From Rhina ancylostomus (Eukaryota), in NCBI GenBank assembly GCA_030265395.1, contig JARFYF010000084.1:81041874-81105873 (forward strand): DNA of 64,000 nt, in the 5' to 3' direction. How positions within the stretch are numbered: the stretch's first letter is position 1; every line of letters starts with the position of its first letter. The notes beneath the pieces were generated by a model. That model had not been told where the DNA came from. It made no database searches and saw only the letters and a list, made by a program, of their open reading frames with translations. Both the position numbers and the translations under genes were made by a program. Below, piece by piece: positions 38,801-53,800 of the stretch.

Positions 38801-41800
38801 TGGAACAAGCTGCCAGAGCAAGTTTTAGTGGCAGCTGCAATTACAACATTTAAAAAGACATTTGGACAGGTTCAGGGGGATGAGCCAAATGGGACAAACT
38901 CAAGTAGGCACCTTAGTCGGCCCAGACAAGTTGGGTCAAAGAGCCCATTTCTATGATGTATGACACTACAACTATGTGCATATAATTCAAATTCTGTCTC
39001 TCACTCTTTTAAAAAAAACAAATTGCAGAGGGTCAGGGCCATTGGGAGGGATTTAAACACATGTGAGAATTTTACAACAGATGCAATGAGGGCAGTGCAG
39101 GTCACCCAACAGTGAGGAGTGGTATTGATGAAAGTTGAGCATCACTTCATCTCCCTGAGCCAGGCTGCTCAGTACAATATTTGGTCCTATGGTCCCTAAC
39201 ATAAAGAATCTCAAACATCAGATTGACAGCCTTTCACTACAGGAATATTTATTTACACAGTTCTTCAACACATGTAAAAAAAATCTTTGTTAAATTGTCT
39301 TCACTATTATAACATTGGAAATGTAACCAGTGCACAAAGCTCAAGGTCCCAGAAATAGTAACATGATTAAAAAAATATAGATTCTGTTCATTAAGAGACA
39401 TTGATTGAGTAGTACCAGCCAGGACAATGGTGAGAAAAGTCTTATTCTTCAAAATAGTGCCATATGGTTGTTTATATCCATTTTACATGACAGATAGGTC
39501 TCACTATATGAAGTGCTCTGGCTGTGCAGCACACCCTTTTATTGCAGTGGAAATTAGCCTGGATTGTATGGCCTGGAGATTTTAAAACCACAAGCTTACT
39601 CAAAAGGTGAGGGGGATACCACTGAATCAGGAGGCAATGGTGGTAATAAATGGCCTTTATATACCAGCCCAGCCTTTTAACAACAGCAATATTTGGGCAC
39701 AACAGATACACTTCACGGAAATGTGTTTAAACAGCTGTGTAAACAACACACCTCACTGAAAAAAGGCCTGCCCAGATTTTCTGCCAAAAGGGGCCAGCTA
39801 GGTATGTCAGATCTGTGCACAAATGTCTGCGTCTTCAGAGGATGCATTCCTACCCCACTCCCAGGCCCTGGTCACGAGGTTGACTTATTTTGGCAACAGG
39901 CAAAAGGTGTGGGAAAACAGCCCAGAACTTTCGAGTGAGCCTGGTTGCTGTCTACTGTCAGTAGGAATCAGTAATGGAAGAGATTGTCAGTTTAAAAGCA
40001 CAGAGCAGAATAAACCATCAGAAACAAATGAAACAGAGTTTATTTCAAGCCAGACTGTTTATCAGTGCTCCACTCAATTTCCAGAAGTGGTGAACATGCC
40101 CTGTAATACATTCCAGTGCAGGGGGCCAAGGAGTTCACACAAAGCACCGCACACTTCCCAAAAGAGTCATCGTTTCTGTCAGACCTTTTAAAAAGCCCAA
40201 CAGATATTTGTTTCATGTGGAATTTGGACCAAATGTTAGCAAGACCATTGTGACTAGACAGGGGCCAGGAGAGTAAGAGCGAGTCAAAGGAAGAGACCCA
40301 CATTACAGTCTCTCAGAGGGTGAGCCTCAGAAGGTTTGAAGAACAGACTGTAACCATTGTCTCTGTTAAGTAACATACTTTTATATTGGACACAACTTCC
40401 TCTAACAATCTGCAGTGCTGGTAACCAATATAACTGTACCCAGAGTTGTTAGTCGTAGTTCTGATTAAAATTATATACAAATTGGCAAGACTGGGTGGGG
40501 GACGAAAGAGGTAGAAAAAGAGCAAGAGAATGATTGCTGAACATCCAAAGTCTTAACATCAGATAGTGTTTTTATTTCTACCCAGTGTAACATGTATAGG
40601 TTCTTATCAGTGGACACAGCAGGAATGGCTAGTATAGTGAGAGGTAAAGTCTTGAACCAAGAATAACTTGCTGAGCACCAACTTGGGTACAGTAGATAAC
40701 AAACTGGGACTATACATTAAAATGTTCCAGGAAAAAAGTGCTCAAGAAAGAACTGACTTTTGAGACATTTGAGTTGGACATCAGTCAGCCCACAATAAAT
40801 GAGTGCAAGCATTATCTGCTTGTAAACATGGCTCGAGTAGCAGGCTTTGATGCGCTAGTAAATTTAAACACAGACAGGAAACCGCATGTCTGAGATCAGA
40901 CACATGATTCGCTTCCAACCACAGATGCAGTTCACGACAGTCTGTTTTCAGTTAAGAGAGGGAGGACAGCTGGAATCGTCAAATGGCGATTAAACAGTGC
41001 CTTCAACCTCATTTAGGGGGCTGTTAAAAACAAAACTGGCCTTTGAACAGTTAAACTGACACAAGGCAGCTTCTTTCCACTTTGAGTTAGTTAATACAAG
41101 AGTTCCTGGGACTGCCAGTGTTTACTAGTGGGCCTTCCCATGGGTTTCTCCCAACTGTGGTCCCAGTGGCTGATTGGTTAGGTTGCTTGTCCCACATCCA
41201 ATACTGGATGAGCAGAAATTTCCCCCAACACTGAGCAGTCAGAGACTATTGTCTTCAACCCACACCACAAACTCTAGTTCTAGCCACCAACTTGCCCTCC
41301 CTCCCTGGCAACTATACAAGGTGGAAAACAAACTGTTCAAATCACAGCATCCCATTTGAGGACATTAAAGGGCTTCAACAAAATATAGGCAGGCTGGGGG
41401 AAGAGGGTAGATAGGTGACAGATGAAGTTAATGCACTGAAATGCAAGTGTTACATTTTGGTATGAAAATTAGAGGACAATTCTAAAAAGAGGTACAAGAA
41501 CAAGACACCTGGGGATCTTCATGCACGTAGTTCATTGAAAATAGCAGAGCAAGTTTAGAAAGCGGTTAAATAAAAAACACATGGGACCTTGGGCTTTTAT
41601 ACAGAGAGACAAAGTGTGAGAGCATGGCAAATACTAGGTTAACCATAACACTATTATATCCTGTTCCAGACAACTCTTTAGGGAAGGTGTTAAGGTTAGA
41701 GAGGGTGTAGAAGAGACGAAACAAGAATGATTCCAGAGCTGAGGGAGTTTAGTTACATTGACAGAGTGGAGAAACTGGGGCTGTCCTTGGAGGATCTGAT

Positions 41801-44800
41801 GCAGGGCAAATGGAGAGAAGCTATTCCCACCAGAGCAAGGGTCAAGACATGAAGGCAATGGGCAAAAAAAAAAACAGAAAAGTGGATTGGATAAACTCTT
41901 TCTGAAACAAACAGAGTGTGGAGTCAGGAATGCACCAGCAGACAGATTCAACTGTGGCTTTCAAAATGGAAGCTGGAAAGAATTTGCAGGACTACAAAGG
42001 GAAAAGATAGGGGGAGCTAAACTAGCGAGCTTGCTCCTGGAGAGTTGGTACAGATGTGACTTAAAGGGTCTCCTAACACACCAACTTTCCTCAAATTCTA
42101 GGAAGCTGGTGCTGAGCTCCTTATCCTGTATTCTCCCCATTAAACAAGACATCAGTTATCACCTTCGTTAATATTTGCCACCTCCACCAGGAAGGTCTTG
42201 GCAGACAGGAATTTAGAATATAGAAGGGAAAAGAGAAAGCAGGTAGAGCAGGAGAGCAACTGGGATAAGCATAACCAAATTATGCCAGGAATGGACAGAG
42301 CATACAAACAAGAGACTGCATTAATACATAGGTTTCAGGTAGGAAATATGGTAAGACAAATAGGGCTACAGCACAAAAAGCTTGTTTAAAAATGTTAGAG
42401 ATAAGAAGATGCTATATCTGAGTGTGCAAAGCATTCATAATAAAAAGATAGATTAATTAACAGCACAAAAAGATGTAAACTGATACCATTCCCATTACAG
42501 AAACATGGCTGCAGGGTGACCAAGGAAGGGAAATGAATATCCAAAGATATTTGATATTTAGGAATGACATCCAAAAAAGTGGGGTGGCCTTGTCTGTAAA
42601 GGCTGAAGTCAGAACATTAGGGGAAAAAAAATGGTATTGGCTCAGAAAATAAAGGATATGGAACAGGTTTGAATGGGATAAGCAGCACCGAAGGGTAGGA
42701 GATGTCTACAGGACTCCAAACAGTAGTGGTAATGCAGAGGTTAATAACAAATGTTTAGAAATGCAGAAAACAAAAAGATACTACAGTAATCAGATATAAA
42801 TTTTAAATCTACATATAGAATGGACAAAGAACATCAGTAATAATTTAGGGATAGTAAGTTTTTTTTAAAAATTGGACAAATTTTGCAGGATGAATTCCTG
42901 GTGGATGTACNNNNNNNNNNNNNNNNNNNNNNNNNNNNNNNNNNNNNNNNNNNNNNNNNNNNNNNNNNNNNNNNNNNNNNNNNNNNNNNNNNNNNNNNNN
43001 NNNNNNNNNNNNNNNNNNNNNNNNNNNNNNNNNNNNNNNNNNNCACACTTTCCTAATTAGAAAATTAAGTGGGTCTCACTGAAACTAGGATCCTAAATCT
43101 AAAAACGGAACTATGATAAGGTATGAAGAGTGTGTTAGCTATGATAGATTTTTGAGCTACTTTGAAAAGGCATGAGGTGGATAGTCAATGGCTAAAATTT
43201 GAGATGAATGTAGGAATCCAACAGTTAACCTTCTCTGGTGCAAGAACAAAAGGAAAAGGGGCCCAATCATGGCTAACAGAAGTTAAGGATAGGAAGTCTT
43301 GATGTACAAAAGGACCTCAGTTTCCTCTTACACCAGTCACTGAAAGCAAACAATGTAGGTACAGAAACCAGATAAGCTGCCAAATAGTATATTGGCCATC
43401 ATTCCCAAGCATGGTTTTGAGTACAGGCACAAGGATGTCTCACTACAATTATACAGGTTCTTGGTGAGACTTGTTGGAATATTGTCTGCCATTTTAGTTT
43501 TTTTTTACCCAAAAGATATTCGCCATAGCGCAACAAAAAAGTTCAGGCTGATTCCTGACATGGCAGGACTGTTTAAAGAGGTTGGCTGACTAGTCCCATG
43601 TTCACTCAAGTTAGAGGAATGAGAGAAGATCTCATTGAAACTTTCAAAATTTTGACAGAGCTAGACAGACTGAATGCAAAGAGGATGTTTCCCCGGTCAG
43701 TGGGCTGGGGGCAGAGGGGAGAAAGAGAGGAAAAAAGGGGCGTGGAAATTACAGAAACCAAGGATCACACAGTCTCAGACTATGGGGCAGACATTGGTAT
43801 TGGTTTATTATTGTCACATGTACCAAGATACAGTGAGAGCCTCTGTTTGCGTGCCATCCAGACAGATCATGCCATACACAAGTACATTGAGGAAGTAAAA
43901 AGAAAACAGAACGTAGAATATAGCATTACAGTTACAGAATAAATGCAGTGCTGGTAGACAAATAAAATGCAAGGGCCATGATGCAATCAAGAGTTCATCT
44001 TTTAGCATACGAGAGATCCATTCAAGAGTCTGATAACAGTGGGATAGTAGCTGTCCAAGTCTGGTGGTTCGTGCTCTCAAGGAGGAATTTCTTCACTCAA
44101 GGGATGGTGAACCTGGAGAAGAACAAGTTACTGAATCTACTCAAGGAGAAAAATTTCTAGACTTAAAAAGGCATTGAGAGGTATTAGAAGAGAGCAGGTA
44201 TATTTATATTAGCCATGTTTTCATTAAATGGTGGAACAAACTTGAAGAGTGAAATATTCATCTACTGCTTTCAATTTTCTACTATTGCTCACTTCATTAA
44301 TAAAACCTCCAAGACTACGTCTAACTTAAGCTGGCAACCCTGCTTTCATTCTCAATTACATGTAGGCTTCCAGCATAACCCAATGTCTAATGGAACCCAC
44401 ATCAAGGTGCCTTCACTCTCACGTTAAAGGAGCATCACTTTCCAACAAATTCCTGGGACATCAGAATAAAAAGATTCAAGACGATATCTTGTGTAATCCT
44501 TCCTGCTGTGACAATAACTTCAGCTCAGTCACCCTGCAAACAAAAAGTGCCAAGGAGGAAATTGGGGGGGGGGTCAGAAGCAGTCATAATCCCAAGATAT
44601 CAGATCTCAATAAAATTAATTGTGCTGTTACACAAATTTGTCAGAGTTAATTTACATCTGGTATCGTAATCATGACTAAAACCAAGCAAAAGGTTCCAGT
44701 TTTCCTGACAACCATTAGATTGACACAAGGAGGTGCAGTCTGTCGTCCAAAGCCCTAATCCCCAAACATTTAAATTGGTTTATACCAAGGACTGAAGAAA

Positions 44801-47800
44801 ACTATAATAGCTCACATTTATATTCCATCTTTAAGATAGCAAAACATTGAACCACTTTACAGGAGCACTACTGAACAAAATTTACCACAGGGCCACATTA
44901 GGAAATGACATGAACAAATGCTTTGTCAAAGAGGAAGTTCTAAGTATCCTGAAAATAGGATGAGGGGTGGAAAAGGTTTAAATGGAATCCAAGGTCAAAG
45001 CTCAGTGCGGCTGAAGGCACAGCTGGCAATATTGGAACAACTAACTTTAGGGGTGATCAAGAGGTCAGAATTGAGTGGAATAAAATATCTCTGATGGTTA
45101 CAAGGTTGGAATGGAATATCTTAAGATGTTGTGAGAAGTAGAAATAGTAGTTTGGAAGGAAACTCTTGAGTTTAGCTCCAGGCAACTGAAGGCATGAATT
45201 TCAGAAATTGCAATGGAAACCAAGGATATGCCCAAGGCCAGAGTTGGAGATGTGAAGATCTGAGAACTGTGGGCTGGAGCAGGAATAGTGATGAAGGCAA
45301 AGCAAAACTTCTGAAAAAAAATTAATCACATCAGCAAACAAATTTCATCTTCTGATGCAACTCACCAGCCGTGAATATCAGTAGGTCATTACATTCTGCC
45401 ACCTTTGAGCATGAGCAAATGTAGAACAAAGAACCTTGAGCCTTCTTTTCTTTCATCTCACATTTCGTATTATTGTAGTCATCCAGTAGGTGTCCATACA
45501 GAGGGATTAATGGATTGTGGCACAGAGTTTCTACAGTTATGTTGGCATCTTGCTTCCTCCTGCAGTTTAAGTAAAAACAGAAGCCTTTAAAATTAGAGAG
45601 AGGTAAACAGGAAAAGAGATCTAATATGCGAGGTACTGGGAAGAGGCAGGACGCTCGATGCAATTATTGTATAGGTTTTGCTTATTCAATATTGCCAGAA
45701 CTCTAAGCTCTGCAGGTCTTGGGCTTCCTTTTAATCTTTCGCATGTTTAAAATGATCAAAGAATTCATTAACATTGGTCCAGGAAAAAAAACCTGTTGGA
45801 AGCAGCCAAAATAAAAGGCCACAATGTTCAAATTAAAATATCCATTCTTAAAAGGGATTACGGAAAAACTTCAAGGGGCAGTAGAAATTGAGGATTTTCT
45901 TCCCTGAAAGGCAGTGAATGCTGGGTCAATGGGAGTTCTGCAGAACGATAGACGTTCTGGTTAAGGTTACCAACTTAGTATGGAGGAGAGGGCAGACAAA
46001 TGGAACTGAGGTAAAGACAAGACAGAATTGCAGATTTCATCTAACCTGTGTGGGAAAAACTTCACTCCAAGTTGCACTCGGCTTACCATTATGGCCCTCT
46101 TTATGGATTCCAACACCAGAAGGGATTGTATCTCTGGATTTTCCTTCTTGAAATGTGTTCTTATTTTAAATACTTCTCTTTGGTCATCCCTCAACCTTCC
46201 AAACTCAGATGAATACAATCCATTATGCTAATGGTGTTGTTATTCATTTAACCTCAAGGTCTTCAATGAGAATAATTTTTTCCCCCCAGAATCACATGAT
46301 AGATCTTGCCCTTTCACCCATGCTTATCAATAAATCAACAAACAATCATTAGGAAGAGATAAATGAATCTTCAATTACCATGTCTTGCATCTTGCCTCAG
46401 CATCACCATACTAATTATTGAAGATTGCTTGGTAAGCAGCATCCACTATTACCTACTAGCAGTAACTAATAATAATTCCTAATGAAGGAGTTGCCATTTA
46501 TGTAATGACTTATGGCCTCTAAAACACCTTACAGCCACTTAAGTATTTTTGAAGTCTCTGGAATGTGGCAGCTACCTTGAGAGCCCTCAAATAGCAATGA
46601 GATAAATGGCCAGATCTTTTGTTTCCAATCACTGGTTATTATATAACTAAAAGCCAAAACTCAAATAGCACCTTAGTGATGAAGACCCTCACTACAGAAA
46701 AGTCAGAATGAAAGGAGGAAGGCTATTACCAGATTGAGACACAAACTTCGTCCCTGCTCTCACAGATAGAGCTCTTGCTGCAGTTACTCATACAGGAGCC
46801 AACACTGGTGCAATTAGAAGGTTGGGTGTCACAGAACCGGCAGAGTTCATTGAATTGCATCATGCCACCAAGAATATTGCCTTTGTGTTTCCCTGGAAAA
46901 GAGAAAAGTGGAAATAACAAGATTTAAACTTCCAGGGGAAAAAAAAAATCAGTCCTTCCTTGCTAAAAATAACTGGAAAACAGACACATTGAAAAATCAT
47001 CAAATTAATCTCTTGTCTGGGAGGAATAGTTTTATAAATGCAATGCAGGAGATATCTACGAGCTGGGTTTAAAACAAATCAGTCTCCCTTTTGGTGTGCA
47101 AATTTGCTCTGTTCAAGGCAGCATCCAAATTCCTTTTAATAGTTACTCATGAATCTAGTTCTAATCTCTACAAACAAAACATTGCTACTCTCAATTCAAC
47201 TGAGAAAATTCTCCAGAACAAATTCTTTAGCAAATTACCTTAAATCAATGTCTTCTGGTTACAGATTCACCTAGAGTCTAACTAAGTGGTGCAATTGCCA
47301 ATCCTAAAATCATGCCTATTTAGAATATTCCCCTACATTTTGCTCAAATTGCTTTTATACCCTTGTGCCCCTGTGCCACAATGCAACTGTACATTGAAAG
47401 TAATTGCACTTTAAAATTGTCATTTTAAAAAAGTCCGATATTTTAGACTGACAATTTGGTTTCATTAATGCAGCTAAAAAATCATAAAAACACATAAAAT
47501 TAGTCTCATTTTTCAGTGACCAATTTTTAAAAATGCTAAACAAGACTTATAAATATACAGAAACCTTTCCTGGTCATTGTGGCATACCATTGTTAATTTA
47601 AAAATAGAAGTGCTTTTAAAACTGTGCCTGATTGTGCCCTGGCACCTGAACAAAATGGGTTCATTCTTGGAGTTTCCTCAACAGTCTGTAAACAACAGTT
47701 AACACAAGGTCCCAAAGGTGATTAAAATCGAATGGGGTGTGTGACCATTTTTGTTACTGAGGGCAGCTTCTAGCACAGTGTTTCAAACTACTGCAGAAAA

Positions 47801-50800
47801 CTATAGAAACCGAACATACAGAATAATTTCCATTTTATGATCTTTTTCAAGACTTATGCCACTTTTTGGCATTGTGTTCCATAATGACTAGTGCTATGAC
47901 ACAGAAATTCTACGCTTGTGTACTTATAATTTTAACAAATACTGGTCAGGTTTACAAATGCATTTTGCAGCACAACTATCAAATTACTCTAGATTATATT
48001 CTAATAATTACCATCCTTTCACTGGGCACATCTGGTTATTAGCAATACTCAGTTTGTAGTTAGCCCTAGCTCCTGTCAAACTAGTAATCTTCCTCACCTT
48101 TTACCTCCAAGTCACACACTATCCTTACTTAGATACAATGTTGGCTATTCCTTCAGAGTGAAAAACATGGAATTAATTACCTGATAGCATCTTCACAGTA
48201 TGGAAGGCAGCATGTTCAAGCAGTCTCCCACTGCAATCGTCTCAAAAGGCTAATAAATGGCTGTCTTGCCAGTGACCCCAAAATCTCCATTTCAGCAACC
48301 CACCTGAGAACCTTCTCAATTTGTAGGGCTTAAGGTAGTGAGGTATTTTGACCCATTGATCTCCAGCAGAATGGTAAATTTTGATTCTCTTTCCCACCCC
48401 CACCCCACCCCCTCTTAATATTTACAAATAGGAGACTTGACATACTCATCCCTTTAAAAAAATATACTCTCTATATAGGCTAAACCTCATTGAGTCATTC
48501 TAGTGGTACTACATCCTTTCACAATAGAGCTCAGTTTACCAATACCATACTGAAACATCAGGCTGCACTGGTCCAAGCAAAAAAGTGGTCCACAGTACCC
48601 TCCACATATTTTGAATGTCAAAACTGCTAAAAACAACTTGAACTCACAACTGTCTAATGCAGCAAAATATACCAAGGAGCTTCACAGGATTGTATCAAAC
48701 CAGATTTAACAAAGACATTGAAGTAAATTTAGGGCAGATTTCAGTCAGGGAGGAAGTATTAATGGAATGTCTGAAAGGAGAGATAGAAGAGACAGGCCCA
48801 AGGAAAATCCTGAGCTAGGTAACAATGCTAACAATAGTTAAATTCGGCAGTGATCAAGAGGCTCGATGTGGAGGAGCACACAAAACTTGAAGGATTATAC
48901 AGGTGAACGAGACTACAAAAAAGGTACGAAGAGGGCAATGCCATGGATGGATATGAAAAAAAAACCTGAAAAAAAAAAGAGTAGGTCAGCAAATTTAAGC
49001 AATGCATTATGTTTATCATGTGGCATGGTAGGGGGCAAATTGACCCATTGAGTCTATGGCAGCTCCGAGCATCTCTCACTCTCTCTCTGCCCAGAGAAGC
49101 AATCTTCCAGTTAGATCCTTATACACTACAAGAAATGCTTCTCACCTGTTTAAGACAGGCAGGTGTGGATATTTTTCTTCTCCTATCAATGTGGTTGGTG
49201 GAACATTTCTGATTTGTTTTCAGCTTTTGTTTTCTGTTCTCAATTGAGGAGATTCAGGAGGCCATCGTGACTGAAAAGTTGGTGTATGCCATCCAATTTC
49301 TAACCCACACTACCTATGCAATTTAGGTATTCATAAATAATAATTGTAAGAGTTGGCCAAAATTCAGATTTCCCAAATTCAGAAATTATTTTTGAGTAGA
49401 CAGGCAATGTATCACATTTTGCTTGGTTTTGGGAAAAGCTGGGTTAAGCTTTACAACCCAAAGGCCAAAATCTGAATAATGTACAAGCTCAATGTTTTAA
49501 CTGCCGTCTCCATGAAAGCATGGCATGATTTTAACAAAAGTGAGCGAGTACAGTTTTAACCAGAATTAGTGCAATTGTTTAATCATATTTCTGCCATGTA
49601 ATTGGCACCATTTCACAGCCAGAAGTAGCCTGTGCTTTTTTTTTGCCGCCTGGTTATGCATAACTATTACAAAAGACAGCAACACACAGTTCACAAGTCT
49701 GTTTACAAGCAAAGTTTTCTTAAATGTTGAAGGAAGGGTTAAATGAGGTGATGGTCACATTGCTACTTATGTGGTAAATATAAACACAAAACAGTAACAT
49801 CAGAAAAATGGTTGCCCTCAAGTCCAAAATTACTGTAGTGATTTATTAGATAATCTTAGTGAAAGAAACAAGAATCCAAGAGTAGTTCATTCACTGCTGA
49901 TACATATGCTGCATTAGTAATGGAGTTTGGCTTCTTTCAAGCTGCCCTTTGAATGACCTTGGTCTTCTCCAACTCTGTCATTTGTCTTTTAGTAGGTATA
50001 ATCAAAAATCATAGAGGTCTGCAAAAGTTCTCTCAATATCCTGGTCCCAGAACACTCAAGTGCAGTGATCACACTTTTATTACTCAGTTGGGGATCTAAT
50101 TTCACATTGGTTACATTCTGCAGCGGATGAGGCATTCTGCAAGTACATATAGCGATGCTGTTCCTATTTTGCAGTAGGAAGCCACAAGTGCTGATGGTGT
50201 GTTTGACAGTTGAGGCATTCCCACAGCTTGATTCCCAGTGCTATTTGATAGATAAGAGTTCAGTTGTCAAATCATCTTCCATGACTTGTACTCATTCTGC
50301 ATGGTCCTTTGTTGACCTACTGAGATCCAAATCAGAAGTGGTTTTGTGATTTGAGATGATGCAGCTTTTTCGGCCATTACAACGTACTGGTGAAGCCTTG
50401 AATGATCAGTACACACGAAGTGTCAACCAGAGGGCAGATAGTTAAGCATGCAGTGTCCAAACAGTGGGAAGAAACAGTTTTGCTGATCGTGAACTGATTA
50501 GTCCACTTCCTGCTCACAAACTGAATGTGCAAAGTCCTCTCAGTTCAAAGTCAGGAGTAGTTGTAGACCATGACAACAGAAGTAACAATACAAAATACAG
50601 CCTTCCTTCAGAGAAACCCAAAACCCATTGGGTAAACCAGTCCAATGAGATTCATGAACCCTGGGTGTTTTTTTTATTTGTACAGTGTTATTAAAGTGTT
50701 ATAATTACAGATTTAGTGTTTATATTAAAATCAGAGTCATAGAGCTATAAAGCAAAGGAAACATGCTAGCCAATTTGCTAACTGAGCTAGTCCCATTTGC

Positions 50801-53800
50801 CTGCATTTGGCCCAAATCCCTCCAAACCTTTCTCATCTATGTACATGCCATTTCCTCCATTCCAAACAAATTTTCCAATGGACCACAGTTCCTGCAAATC
50901 ATCTGCAACTCAACTAATGTAGCATCCTACGTTATGCTTCAATGAGTCTCTACACAATTACCTACAGACAGCAAGAAATAGCACAAGAAAAATATTTTCT
51001 GACAGTGCCTTTCATGACCTCAGGGTGACCTTAAGTGCTTCACTGCCAATTAAAGACTTCTAAGTGTCTTCATAATTGTAACGTACGAAATACGACAGCC
51101 AATTTACACAGAGAATTGAAATAAAAGTACTAAATGCTGGAAGCACTCAACAGGTCAGACAGCAAGTGTGGAAGGAGAAACAGGATTAACATTTCAGGTC
51201 GAGGACTCTTCACCTTCAACCTGAAACGTTAACCATGTTTCTTGTTCCTGAGATGCTGCTTCACCTGCTGAGTGTTTTCAGTATTTTCTGCTTTTAAAGT
51301 TCAGATTTCCAGCATGTGCAGGTATTGTTTGATTTACAGAGCATTCCCCCCCCCTACATACAGCAATGCAATAACAGCACTGTTGATTGAAGAAAACGCA
51401 TCAGCCAAGTCACCAGAAAACCACCATACTCTGCTCTGAATAATGCCATGTAATCTTTTACATTTGGCTCCAAGGTTAAACAAGGCCTGGTTTACCATTT
51501 CATCTGAAGATAAAGCATCTCTGACAGTACAGCCTTAATATTATACTGCAATACTAGCCTTGATTAACCGTTCAAATCTATGCAGCACAACCTCAATGTC
51601 TAGCCTTGGATTTGGAACTGAAAGTATACCTTCAAATCTAGGCTGATATGACTACAGTTCAAGTTTTATCCTGATTGCTCCAGTTCCGTAGGTTCCTCTA
51701 CGTTCTGGATCCACTCAGATTACCAACTATCAAATGTGCCTTCAGTTAAGTTTTAATAGTATCCTGACATAGCTGTAATATTCCATTTTCTTACTATTCC
51801 TTTAAGGAACTGCTGTGCATTTCATAGATGGAACACACTGCAGCCTTCATATACCCTTGTGGAAAGAAATAAGTGTTCAGAGTGGCTGAAATGGTGTCAA
51901 TCAAATGGGCTGTTTTCTCCTGGATGGCAATCTTCTTGAGAGATGTTGGAGAGTTGTTGCATTCATCCAGACAAGTGAGAAGTCTGCCTTCAGACTCCCA
52001 ATTTGTGCCTTATAGATGGCAAAATGGCTTGGGGGTGTTCAGGAAATGAGTCACCCGCCACAGGATACCCAGCCTCTGACTTGCTCTTGTTGCTAAGGAA
52101 TTTCTGTGGCTGATCCAGTTGAGCTTCTGGTCAATGGCAACTCCAAAAACAATGAAGGTGGGGGTCCTGGCATTACCATTGCCCAAAGTTATGTGGTACA
52201 ACTCTTACTGGAGATGGCCATTCCCTTGCACATTTACAGCACAAAAGTTACACGTCATTTATTGTCCCATGCATGAACACTATAAAATAAGCAGCTAAGA
52301 TCCTGTCAATATGTGATGAGAAAAAAAATAATCAGGAGTATGCTCTCCTACCACCTTAGGTAACTGAATCTGGTGTCTGGTACTGCTCTGGTCTTGATTA
52401 ATGTCAGTTAGTTCTTACTCCAGCTCTGAAGGAGGAGTTGATGGGTTAACTCTTTTAAAGGAACAGACAGTCTGTTTGATGTTGCTCAGTATGCTGCACG
52501 AAAGTGATCTCATCCCCCTTTGATCAACTGTTGCTAGCAGTAGTACAGAGGCCTCCCCACCTCAGGTTCTCTAATTGACATCTTCCTCAAAAGTATCTGT
52601 TCGTTCATCAACTGCGGAGGAGAGCCGAGTGACTGGGGAATGAACATTGCCTACCTCATTACAGTCCCAAGGGCTTTAGGCACAGCCTGACAAACGAGTC
52701 AATTCTGTTCTGCTTGCATTCTTAGTGGCACTCAAAAAAGATTACTGAAGCAGTCTCCTGTTTGAACAGAGTCAGCAATCAGCAAACAAGCCAGCACAGA
52801 TTCCAGGAAGGGTGAGGAGAGCACTAACTAGCTTCAACACCGCAGTGGACTGCCTTGTGGTTATATATCGGGGGGGGGGGGGGGGGGGGGGGGGGNNNNN
52901 NNNNNNNNNNNNNNNNNNNNNNNNNNNNNNNNNNNNNNNNNNNNNNNNNNNNNNNNNNNNNNNNNNNNNNNNNNNNNNNNNNNNNNNNNNNNNNNACTTC
53001 CCCGTATCTACACCACTGGGTCCGCCCCCCCCCCCCAAATCCTGGCTCTGCCCCCTTTTTCCCCTCAGTCTCTTTCACTCATTGTCTCCTGACTCCACCC
53101 TCACCCTCCTCTACCAGGCTCCATCTGCTTATCCTCTCCCTCTTCACCCAGTTCCACCTTTTGCCTGCCAACCCCTCCCTCTCACCTCTTTATACTGGCT
53201 ATCTTCCCTCTACACCCATGGAGGGTCTTGACCCAAAACACCAACCATCTCTTTGCCTCCACAGGTGCTGCTTCACTCACTGCGCTCCTCTACCATTTTT
53301 GTTTTGTCTTGCCACAGATTCCAGCATCTGCAGTCTGGTGCCTAAAAATATTCCTGCAATTCTTGAAAATCTGGCATCTCCTTACTTTTTTTTTTAAGAT
53401 GTCTCATAGTAATTTCTACAAGAACATTTCTTAGCATTGCTACATTACCCCACACTCAAGGGTTTTCTTCGCTAATACTCTCTTTAATACAGAGACAGTT
53501 GCAAATCTGAACTTCCTCTTCACTACACCATCCTCAGCAACAAATTCACTGGTCGGCCATCAGTTTCCAATGACCGAATACACGTTGATGGTTTACTCTC
53601 CTGCAGCATCAGCATTCTGAAAGCAAAACTGAAATGGAGACAGAAATCTCAAGGACAGACCTGCTGTGAGCTCCATCATTACTTGATATTGTGTGCAGAC
53701 AGAAGACTCGATCATGCCCAGAATTAAACCTTCATGAGACCAGAGAACTAGGTGTCAACCATGGCTCAGTCAATGTGGCACTCTCACTTCAAAGTTAAAG

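Noticed and set aside
45331-45365. Read-through of the exon 3 donor giving a secreted ectodomain (…[14 protein letters not shown])
   Set aside because: The donor is consensus and nothing in the sequence supports intron retention; any intron gives such a stop.
52870-53040. Poly-G and poly-C runs beside gaps as G-quadruplexes
   Set aside because: Homopolymers at contig ends have unreliable length and probably caused the gaps.
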